DNA of 64,000 bases from NCBI GenBank assembly GCA_017499595.2, contig CM039000.1, forward strand, positions 2,790,001-2,854,000, given 5' to 3'. The position numbers and the translations under genes were made by a program. The stretch is from Psilocybe cubensis. Lineage: Eukaryota. This document shows, piece after piece, positions 38,001-49,449 of this stretch (position 1 is its first letter; every line of letters begins with the position of its first letter). Below the pieces are notes generated by a model that was not told where the DNA came from, made no database searches, and was given only the letters and a program-made list of their open reading frames with translations.

Positions 38001-39953
38001 GTTCCTGACGTGGTGAGAACACTTTCCGGGAGGAACTTTTGCATTACATGTATCTTAAGTTCAGATGAAGTTCTGGAAGATAATGCGACATCGAATCCAG
38101 CATTTTGACCAGCCATACCATGGAAACAAGTGACCATTTTGCCTCCAAATCCAAATGTGACTACTGGTGCTCGGGCAGAAGTGCGAGATAGTGGGTCATT
38201 GGCTCCAATTAGTGAGGGAGATGGTGCATACTGCGCTGCAGTATTCTTCACAATAACGTCCTGAGGTCCGAATTTGTCAGACCAGTGAGATGCTGGACGG
38301 AGATTGTCAACAGTACCCAAAGGTACATGAGGTGTAATTCCAACCAACGGACGAGGAATCGCGCCGAAAGTGGATGAAATACCGTTACCCGTATTAAGAC
38401 CTGCATTTACTGGAGGTTTCCTTTCGTTAACCGGTCCGTGGGAAATAGAAAGAGGAGATGATGTCCTAGGAATGTAATTATTTGTGCTTTGAATGTGTTT
38501 AGGTGCATAAGGGTCGTGAATCTCTCGGTTCATGGACATTTCGCGTCTCTGGGGTGGTGGTGGTGCATAAGATTTAGGTTGAGGAGGCGGAGGTAGCTTG
38601 TTTTGAGTGTCGTCACCAGACAATACTGTTGTGGCCTCTGGATCTTCAACATCCGTGTTGGTTTGAGGGGGAGAAAAGGGAAGGGGCACAGTCCTAGGTG
38701 ATACCGTTTGCAATGGAGGGTCATTGGCACCTGGGTGGTCGTAAACTCCGTGTATTACGTCGTTAAGTGAATTTAGAGGGGCAGACGATGACTTATGTTC
38801 ATTAGCGTGAGATTCATTAGCATAATTTGCCGGATCGTACGCCTCCTCGCTCGGAATCCGGAGTGAAGCCTCATTAGTGGAATCGAATGCCAGGGACCTA
38901 GGAGGCGGATATGTCTGCTCAAATTTAGCTTGAGACGTGGAATTGGTTTGAAAAGTGGAGTCTCCTTGTTGTTGCGGAGAATATGTGCCATGGCTGTACG
39001 ATTGTTCAGTCGCAACAGGGTTTGTATAGCTAACACCCCTCGAATATAAATTCGAATCTAACTCCGTTGAAGGAGGTGCATCTTGATTATGAATGACAGG
39101 CGGTTGTTGGTATTGTCCATACGACGTGGGGGCTTCAACTGCCTGCGGGTACGGAGGCTGGACATAGGATTGGAATTGTGAATACAGCTGTGCTCCGCTA
39201 CTTGCAGAACGAGGTGCTTTCCTACTCGGCAATGTCTGCAAGAAGGGTGGGTCGTATGCGTTTGAAACTTTTGGTCGTGTCACAGTCGACTTTGTCGGGG
39301 TGGGAACAGGTGGTATGGAAGCAATCCCCTTACTATACGAAGAGTCTAAGGATGAAGGTGGCGCCAAAACTGGTGGTAAATACGATGGATTTGAAGGTGC
39401 CTTCGTATGCGAAGTAGGGGCGTAAGGATCGTAGGAAGAGGCAGCGGCAGGAGGATCATAAGCACTATATGCCGAATACGCTGTTGTTGGAGCTGTATAT
39501 GTTGTGGGCGCATACGTATTATAACCGGTAGTCTGCGGTGGAACATCTGCTCGATGGGTGGCATAGCCTATTAAATACTGTTACAACCACAAGATCATGG
39601 GTGAGAAAAATTAGAAACGTACTTGAGTAGTCCGGTGCTACATCTTGTTGGTGGTGGTTATCCCATTGCCTGGCGAGGTCTTTGGCAGAAGAGCTGTACT
39701 GTACATTGTCCGACACCTTATGGTCCTCCGTATTGCTAGGGTATTCCGTGAAAGTTGAATGTTGGACAGGGTATGAATCAGGGCGCGATGCGAAGTCGAA
39801 AGTTTCCGCTTCTTCAGCATTTGAAGCATTACTGGTAAATAATCCGTCTGGTGGAGGGTGAGGTGATGTCGATTCTCCTCCCAAAGTTGAGAACAAGTCA
39901 GAACCAGACTCCTCCGAGCCAAAGAGGGAGGCTGCCGCTTCGACGCCGTTCAT
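35015..39953 (-). CDS. SEC16: COPII ER-exit-site scaffold Sec16
   Basis: [15 protein letters not shown], then a long P/S/Q-rich region. Central domain [59 protein letters not shown] and LSEILEFA. C-terminal [13 protein letters not shown] and [12 protein letters not shown]. Confidence 0.92.
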
Positions 39954-40471
39954 GATATGTGCAGTGACTGGTAGCTGCCCAACTCGATTTTAAGCGAAAA
40001 GTGGTCCAGGAAATAAATACGGCGCAAAGGTGGAATGCGTCCAGTTTTGCCGATATTTGGTGAGCTTTACAATTATTTCACGAAGTCCCGACACGTCACA
40101 TTCCCACAAAGAGTGCCGGCCACGGGACAGTCGACCGCTGGTATACCCCGGGTCTGTGACTTTCACAGTTAATGTGTCTCTCAAAGCTCAAAGTGAGTTA
40201 CATTGAAGATAATTGGCTTTGGTATCAAAGGAATATCTGAAAGACAGCAACGTTAAGATAATGGTATAGTACGAATACTTTGAAGGAAAATAAGTAATTT
40301 GTATTAGTGGAGTGTTAGCATCAAAACAGCGATCAATGAAGTGAACAAGAAGAGCAATGCGACGGAAGAGATACAGCATAAAATGAGAAACAGAGAGAGA
40401 ACATAGCAAAGCATCAGGAGACAGATAACATGATAGAGTGTGCGATTCGGACAGAGCGATACACTGGGCAT

Positions 40472-43173
40472 TCAAGCGGAGTTTTCGGCAACCTGTCTAG
40501 GACGTTGCGGCTGTGTTTGGTAAAAGTCATTCACTATCCGTTCGACTACATACAGTTCAGTAACATCGTTCAGCTATAAAATAATGCATTAAACTAACTT
40601 GATAAAAGCGGTCCTTGCCGCTTAGTATTCTGAGGGGTTGCTTCCCGTAGTGCAAGGACGAGAGGTTTAACTCGAGCGAATAAAGTTTCTCGTTGATTGC
40701 CTTCCACCAGAAGTAAAGAGCGCTGCAAAACATAATCTAAGAATACTCAGTCAGAAAGGTAGTATATACAGGGACACAAAAAGGTACTCAACTGGCATAC
40801 TGATCATTCATCATCTTAACAATGGTATTATCAAAATCTGGAGCCATCGTCATGATTTCTTGTATTAATTTGTGTCGACCATCGCTATCGGTGTGAACGA
40901 GGGCTTTCTCGCAAACATTGGAAGCATACTTATGATGCGACAAGGCAACAAGATTCTTGATTATTTTGGAAATTACTATGTTTCTGTCCTTTGCTCGTCC
41001 TTGCTCGATAATGAATTGTATAACATAGTTCTGATACCACACGTATTAGAATCAGCAATTTTTGCAGGATGTCAATGATGAAAACAGACGTACGCCATAC
41101 TGATCTTGCATCAATTCGATTGTATGGCGATGAATAGATTCTAGAAGACCTTCAAGGTATTCCGGAGAAATATATTCGAGGCACCTCTGCAGTACACGAC
41201 ATCCATATGAATGGGTTGCAAGGTCCAGTATGTTTTCACTTATTGAAGGTAAGAACGTTAATAGGTTAGGATTTACTACCTGGATTATTTTTTGGATGAC
41301 CTGGAACGAGAACGATGTAAGGTTTTGGCTCATTGATATATCATTGGTAACAAATACATGATTTCCGTGAGGGTTTTTGATGCAGGTTAAAATATCTTTT
41401 TCCAGGAGTTGGATTATGATTTTGTGGCCAGATTCCGGAACATAATCGATTAGCTTAAAGAAAATTGTGAGTCCAGCCTTGGTATCTTAAATAATAATCA
41501 CTCACCTTTTGAACCACCCGGCAGCCATATATGTGAATCGAAAAATCTAGCGCTCGCCGTATCACCACATCGGCAATCGCATCTTTTTGACCCATCATCC
41601 CATGGTCGAGAAATTTTTGAATAACCTGGTCGATTGGTGTCCGTAAATTCAGAAACCTTGATTCCATCTATACTCTGTAAACCAAACTTACATAATTCCC
41701 AAAAACATTCTGAATTAATTCTTCTGTGTGTTTCGGGTGGATTTCCTCGAAAGCGCGTTGCTTTTGCTCATCAGTAATTGTCTCAAGCTTGCCTTGGATA
41801 AAACGTGATCCATGTTGATCATTACTGAATTCTACGACATGCCCGAGGATTTCCTGCATTCAAGGTCACCGTCTTCTAAGTTCGACATTATTCTGATAAT
41901 CAGCCATGATGCATACCGAAAATTCCCAATGTTTTTCACGGTTCTTTCTAAAATCGCTCATAAGAGTGGTGCAGTCTGTAAACAGATACGGGCGCCGAGA
42001 TTTGCGGTTTCCACGGTGGACCGACGATACAAGCATATGGGTCATCGGCGACGGGCGCTTAGCCTCCGGTCCAGAAAAGACAACTGCACTCGACGGCGTT
42101 GTGGTAAGTAAAGAACGCGGAACATTTTGAGGGTTAACATGTCCAGCGTCGAGAAATTTCTGGTCATAACGTTTTAGAAAAGCCTAACTGTTGAAATGCT
42201 TAAGCGAACCTGATTACCGAACCCTTCGTTGAAAGGGGACGAAATTCCCTTTGTCCTTGTTACATTCGACAGGCTATGTGTCATTGGCTGAGATGTCCAA
42301 CTATGATGAGGCTGGTTATGACCTTGTGGTACAAAGTGTGTACCTGGTGCACCAGTAGGATAGAGATGCGGTGGAGGGATGTGGTTGGAATGTGAATCAG
42401 ATATAGCAGAATTAGAAAGAAGCGGATAGGGTTGGAAAGGTACAAGATTGTGCGCAATCGGAGACGGCACTGAACTGAACTGATCGCAAAACGTGAATGA
42501 AAAGTCAATCAATGGTTCCGGGGGTGGGGTCAAGTAATAGCTTCCATAATCAGGCAATGGCAGATTTAAATTCACTGGCATTGGTGGAAAGGACGGGGGG
42601 AAAGGACCTAGTTGGAAATGTGAGGAGCCCATCCCAAGGTGAAATATTCTTGTGTCCAATGACGAAGAAATCTGTCCATCATGGCGGAAGGAGAGATTTG
42701 GATGTGGATATGCAACAGGATGGGGACCTGTAGGTGACATTGCAGGGCTTATATTTGCTTCCGGATAGACCTGGAAACCCGGTATTGGTGGTAGAGGAAA
42801 CCAACCATGTATATGTCCATTCTGATTAAGATGAATACAAATTCAAGACATCATAATAGGTTCGAAGCACTTACTGGGCTTGGATTAGAAGCTACCGGTG
42901 CAGATGTTTCGATCCGACCAGTTTCATTCTCTTGGGGCGGTGGCATATGCGGGAGAAATATATTCGGAGGCGGTACAGTCGTATTATCAGGACGGTCATG
43001 AGTTGGCCTTAAAGTTGGGTAATGTATTTCTGATCCAACTGTTGGTCCCCATACCTAAATTAAAACGGATGATTTAGATATAACATAAAAAACGCGGAGA
43101 AATGACGACCAACCTGCCATTCATCTTTATCGGCATTGATGGACGACTCACTACACGAATCGGTATGGCACAT
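40472..43173 (-). CDS. Pumilio/PUF-family RNA-binding protein (8 PUF repeats, Pro/His-rich N-terminus); start codon uncertain
   Basis: Repeats [68 protein letters not shown] and DQYANYVLQR. Candidate ATG 43173 ([17 protein letters not shown]). TGA 40472-40474. Confidence 0.88.
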
Positions 43174-43818
43174 GGTTGGAACAATGGTAGTAGATGGTGA
43201 TGTTTTCTGGAGAAGGTAAGTAGCTCGAAAAAAAATTTAGAAAGAGATGCGAAAGGAACAAAGGGTGAAAAAAAAAAACTGGAAGCAGAAAGCCTCATCA
43301 GGGGTGACCCCGTTAAACAGTCGCCACTAACGGAGCAAAATGGACGCGGAATTAAATTAGGCTAGAGTTTAAAAGGAGGTAAAATCTGAAAAGATTATTA
43401 CATCAAATCAGCCGCGTTTCAAAGGGATCAATTTGGTCAATGGATACTTACGAACTATCCAAAAGAGGAGAATTTGTGCAAATACCAGTTCCCCGCCAGA
43501 CTTCAGAGCAACAGCAGACTGTTACGATGTCGTAAGTCGATGCTTCTTAGCAAAAATTAGCTAGCCGATCAAGGTCGATCAAACTTATCGCCATGTTTTT
43601 TTCTGAGTTGAACCAGTCAAAAGGTACTTAATAAAGCAGCACCGGTTGTAATATTACTTACCGAAGAAACACGACACCATGTCGTCATGCCTTTTGAAGC
43701 CTTGAGGACTGGAGTTGAGTGTATGTGCTAAATATGTATATTTCTAATATAATAGAACAGACTGTGCTAGAAGAAATACAGAGCGAGCAAAATCCGAGGA
43801 AAGGAAAAAACGAATCTA

Positions 43819-46800
43819 TTATCGAGAATTGAAGAACCATGAAGCCCGCTTGGCTGTGGTGCCGAAGAGCAAAAGTAAAAAAAAGGGTTGAGCGACCACG
43901 ATACAGATCGCGCCAGGAACATAACTCACCTGATCTAAAAGATCGTAGATCATGGGAACATGCAGTGAGCCACGTAGAAAAAAGAAGAGAGAAAAAAAGC
44001 TTACATACCCTGCATCTTCGTTCTGAACCCGAGAGAGAGGGTTAGCGGAAGAAGATCCGCCACCAATGGGGACAATCGGACTTGGTATACTGGCACCTCC
44101 ACCTCCTCGCAAAGGTTTTGCTATGCGGCCGAAATTCAGTGTAGAGGACGTGACAGCTTTCTGGGCTAGAGGATTCCAATCTGTAAGCGACGGCTTGGTA
44201 GCCAACAATAGGGGAGGAAACCTACCCCTAGCTTGATCCAACCGCTCTTTGACTGCTTGCAACTGCGTCTCGAATTTCTGGTTTTGAACAGAAAGTCGTC
44301 GATCTGCATCTTGAAGCAAAGTCTCTAAGTTTTGAATTCGCTCGTTGCGCGCAAGCAATTTGCGCTCTGCAATGCCAGCTTCTTTTTTCAGTGATGAATT
44401 TTGATCGACAAGCTAAATACTGGATTAATAGGTGGAATCAATGGAACGGGTGTGCTCTATTACCTGTTTTTGGACCAATGTCAGCTGCTCTAGATTGCGT
44501 TCGAGGAAAGCCATCTTCTTCTGCTGCGCTTTGTTGTTACTGTTTCGAATTACATTGCTGTACTGCTCCTTCATCTCATCCAATTGAATTTCTAACTCCA
44601 CAACCTTCCAGGCATGTTAATATACTTCGGCAAAAAATAGGAATAGGCAGCAAAACCTTTTCACAACGATTTTGTAGGTCCCGCATGAGAGATTTCTTGA
44701 CGCCATCGAACTCTGCGAGCTGCACATTTATCGCCTTTCTTGTTCTTTCGAGATCTTGTGCACTCTCTGCAAGATTCTTGCCGCCTTCTATACCGGCAGA
44801 GGTAACGGCAAACGCGCGCTAAACACAACAAATGAGAAAGAATGGCAAGGAAGATCAAAATCTGATACCTTCAGCTCTTCATTGACACTCTTCAGACTTT
44901 CGATTGATGCGTTAAGGCTTCGAACTTCATTGTTCCTGACTTCTAGCTGCTGTTTCAGGTCAGACACTTCGCTCAATAGCGCATCACGTTTGGCCGAATA
45001 CTGAATCTCCAATTTATTCTGGAAAAATCGAAATCAAAGTAAGTGAAAGGATAGATTCCAACAATTATGTTCACTAACTTTGAGGTCGGACATTATGTCG
45101 GCTACATCGCCATTATTGGCCTCTTCGTCATGTATTGTTTTTTCTGTTCGGATATGTCAGTATCCAACGCAATATCCCTAGGTTTAGAAATTTACCCAGC
45201 AATTCCTCATAGTCAGTTTCCAACGACGTCACTCTCGCCTCTAATTCATCCCTTCGGCGAGTGATCATCTCATTCTCCTCCTGAACCTGTCGAAGACGAT
45301 CAACGGTTTCTTTAACGAGGGTTTGGCCTTCGGAAAGTTGTCTTCTAATGGCTGTGATATCGTCGGCGGTCAGCGCGCCGGAAGCTTCCTGATCAACGTT
45401 GTCAAGTTTGGCGAGAATCTGGCGTAATTGCTCGTCTTTCTCGGAGAAAGCACCTTGCTGTTGCCACAGAAGAAATTTTAAACTTTTTTCGGCAAGTCGC
45501 AGACAGGGGAACGGAGACTCACGGTATCGAATTTGGCCATCATCATGGCCATCTTCTCTTGCTTGCGTTTCTCTTTATCTTCTGCTGATGCGTCTTTTTG
45601 GGCTGACTTCAACTCTGCTATTTGCTTCCTGAGCTCTTCTAACTCAGCTTTGGCGTCTTGATTCTGTTCTTTAAGGATGTCAACCGTGATGACACTCTCC
45701 TTGTTGTCGTAATCTAATCGTTCAACTTGTAATCTCAGTTCGTTCAGCTGACTGGACATCGCTTTGTTTTCCTGATAAAGGTAGATAAGCAACGCTGTTC
45801 CTGAGGCGCGGAACACTAAGAAAAGATACATACCTTGTTAACTGAAGCCTCCTGTTCTTTCAAAAACGCTAATTCTTCCCTCAACTCTTTCACGAGTTTC
45901 TCAGCAGCGGCAAGTGTCGATTCTCTTTCGGCAAGGGCATCGCTTAACTCATTCTCGCGCTTCAAGAAATCCTCTCTTTCGTCTTTATCCAAACCAATAA
46001 CAGTTGGTGTCGCCGGACGTGACTCGAGCTCGCTTCTGAGACCTTCGATGTTTGGATTTACAGGAGTCATACTGCGAGATGTTGATGCAGGTGTCGATGG
46101 GGTAGGTGAGGTTGGCGTCTTCTTTGCCGACGAAGCTGCCTTCAAAGCAGCTCCGGCTTTACTGGGTAATACCCAATCAGCCTCGTCCACGGTCTCCCCA
46201 CCACGCCATCGTGCCAGTTCCTCCTCCAAGGCCGCGATATACTTCTGGTATGATGTATTTGCCAACTGTGTCTTCGCAAGCAAACCTTTCAACTCCAGTG
46301 GCGAGAGTTCAGCATTAACACGAGCAGAGTTCTTAATGGATTTCGCGCGAATACCAAATCGAAGTGTAGAAAGGGTCTCAGCTTCGTTGTACGATGATGG
46401 AGAGCAATTGATAATTAGTGTTGTTCGAGAGTTTCCCCCGAGAGATTCTTGTAGAATACGTGTGAGTTTGGAGTCACGGTATGGAATGTGCTTTGCCTGT
46501 TCAAGCAAATTATTCCTCAATGATAATTTCGGATATTACAATTGGGTTGTACGCACTTTGCTATCGGTCAGGGCATTAATAACCATACCAAGAGCAGACA
46601 AAGACTTGTTGATCTTTTTGGCCTCTTCTAATGTCTGGCCCGAAGCTCCTGTCTTTCCAACTTTCTCCGAACCAGCGAGATCGACTAGATATAGATTTCC
46701 TGTCTTTTGGGCCCCCGTTTCAGTATTTCGCTGTTGAATCGTAATCAGAAAAATCGAATGTGACCGGGATGATTCAGCGTTCATGTCTAAGTTCGACAAA

Positions 46801-47745
46801 TGAGGTAGAGGCAATGATCACAAAGGGGAAAGCAACACACTTGTCGATGTAACAACCCTAGCAGCGCCTCCTGTCCGCATGATCTCATAGACCTCAGTCG
46901 CACTACTGACGTAGTAGTCAGAAAGATTCTTGACATAAACACCCTTTGATTTCTCTTCGTGGACTTGCAAATTGTCGTTTTGAGCTGCACAGACGAGATA
47001 AGTGTATTGATTGATGCGATCTAAGCGGGAGATCCAACGCACGAGCAAGCAAATCCCGAATTCTTTCGAGGTAGATTTCCATATAGGACACTTTCACGAC
47101 ATATTCCAGATGAGCGTCACTCTCTACGATTGACCGAAAAATTTGCTCGGTGATACGAGGAATTATCCCCTTCAGCTCTTCAGAGTCGATATCGGCGCCC
47201 TAATGTTGTGACGTTGACACAAGAATGTTATTGTATATTTCGCAGGACATACCATCATTGTGAACGTCTTTCCGCTACCAGTTTGACCGTATGCAAACAC
47301 CGTGCCATTGTAACCATCCAAAACGTCTGTATCAATTAGTAAGATTGATTGTAGACGCGACTTTAGTTTCGATAATTCACCCACCTTTGACGATGCTGAG
47401 TTTAAGTGGAAGTAGTCAAGCCCGGAAGTCTGCAAGTGATGACAGCGAAACTCACTCTTTAACACCATAGTCAAACACTTCATGTTGAGTCGTGCCCATA
47501 GGGAACACCCTGTCGAAAGTAAACCCATCTTTCTCAGGACCCGAGCTGACCGCAGCTGATTTGAGGTACGCGGTCTGCAAGTTGTCATCGAAAGAAACAA
47601 CGATGTCGCCGCCTTCCCTTTGCTCGATCGCGTTGACGGGACGAAACCTATGAAAAAAATCAGGACCATGACCGACTAATAAGACCTCCTTGATTCCTTG
47701 GGGAACTCACCGACAGACTACCTTGATGTTATTAGAGCTTGCCAT
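43819..47745 (-). CDS. Kinesin-1 (conventional kinesin heavy chain)
   Basis: [81 protein letters not shown], a coiled-coil stalk, tail [10 protein letters not shown] and terminal KRASWFF. Micro-exons at 47385-47395 and 43930-43934. Confidence 0.96.
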
Positions 47746-48683
47746 GAGGGACCTGCTGTTCGTTGCTGTCTTCTATACCAAGATGATTGATTAGGCGCGA
47801 CTCGAACTGGGAAGTCCCAGACAAATCGCGAATTGTAGTACGTAAATGTCGGTGTAGTTGATACCCAAGTGATTATAGTGGCATGAAGATGGTGAGTATA
47901 GGATGATGAGTCGTGCAGCAGGTTACCCGATTAGAAACGTCAAGTGCGGCAACACGCCTTTTAATGTTTGCATTTGTTGTAAATGACTTTGTCAACACAA
48001 TCACTGTGATTGATTTGTTTTTAATCTCAACTTCAAGCTGCTTAAGTCGGTCCCATGCTGGTTCATTCGGATCATATAGACTTGGATTAAACCCGACTTC
48101 TATGGACTATCAATGTTGTTGAAACTCATAACCCAAATTTCCTATTCCACAAAATGGTCTTTTTCTCTGGCTGATTTGAAGTTTATGCGCCTGGAAGAAA
48201 TAATTACTTGCGGTGTCTTTGAATTGCCCGAAAATCCAAATCCTATTGTGATGGTCAATGACTTCGGTGAGATGTTCGTCTTGCACCGGCAAGGTTGGAA
48301 TGGGTGTTCGAGAAATGGCAGGGTGGGCATTAATTGCACCGAAACGAAGCAGTCTCTCAAACGACTATTCACCCGCCTGCAGAGACAACCTCCTAATGGA
48401 TCATTCTCGTGGTAAAAATGTATGGTTAGAGACTCAACGTTGAGTGTCGGAGGATGTACTTCACAACAAACTAAACCGCAATACAATGATATACAAGCCA
48501 GATGAAGGGCGCTATCGTGATGCGCAATCATAGCGCAAATATGACACTAGCCTTGAAGAGGAGTTATCTATCACTGTCTCAAAGGCAGATTGGTTGAAAC
48601 CTAAGTGCAGAGCGGCGTAATGCAACAACGTCAAGCAGAGGAATAAGAGAATGCAGCTAAGATTCGTCAGTGGAAGGTTGGTT

Positions 48684-49127
48684 CTATTCTTCGTCTTCAC
48701 TATCCACAGACGCGGGGACGGGAATTGGTCGACTGGATGACGCCACAGGGCGACGTGCGATCTGCTCCTCGCGTTGTGCGGCATCTGCGGCGTCTATCCA
48801 CTCCGAGTAGATATCGATGGGCTCAGTCAAATCTGGAATATATGAGGAGGAGGATGGAACGGATAGCAATGCATACATACGATTGACTTTGCTCTGATAC
48901 CTCTGATCACATACTCTGCATACTAATTGGGCAACACCCTCTTTTCTATCGAGTCTGACGGTTACAGACTTGTCATGATGACAGAACAGACAGGTAAAGG
49001 TGGTGTCTGTGTAAAAACACATAGTTGCATTAGTTGGCGCCCCTTCAGAACGAAGGTCTTACATACCAAGAGGGACCTTTTGTCTAGCAGGGCCTGGTTT
49101 CCTGGAAGACTTCTTTCGCTTACCCAT
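48684..49127 (-). CDS. ELF1: Transcription elongation factor Elf1/ELOF1 (Zn ribbon)
   Basis: MGKRKKSSRKP..PL|DTTFTCLFCHH...CRVCDQRYQ...LTEPIDIYSEWIDA. Two introns. Confidence 0.93.
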
Positions 49128-49308
49128 GGCAAGGAATCAAGTCCTATACCAAGCAGGATTTAGAAAGTGTAAATGAGCCAGTACATTGATGCTCGCCTTT
49201 ATGGTAAAAATGGTGCTGAAGCTCTGCAAGTTGGCAGAGCACCAATAACTTAATGGGTGCCGCGGTCGGCATCAAGATGGTGATTCCTAATGGGGAATGT
49301 GGCACCAC

Positions 49309-49331
49309 CACGTGATGAAGTCGAAACGCGT
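49309..49331. promoter_or_regulatory. E-box (CACGTG) and MCB-like (ACGCGT) motifs in the ELF1/kinesin-5 divergent promoter
   Basis: CACGTG at 49309-49314 and ACGCGT at 49326-49331, about 120 bp upstream of the kinesin-5 ATG. Confidence 0.4.
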
Positions 49332-49449
49332 TCAACAGTTACGTTGATTGTCAACTGTGTGAAGTCGCACACAAGTGCGACGAATATAACCCATCGCTCA
49401 TAGACTTGAACCAATTTATCTTCCTCCCACTATAACCCTCAGGGTAGAA

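Noticed and set aside
45835-46737. 300-aa plus-strand ORF
   Set aside because: It is the antisense shadow of the kinesin-1 motor/neck exons and has no recognisable protein features.
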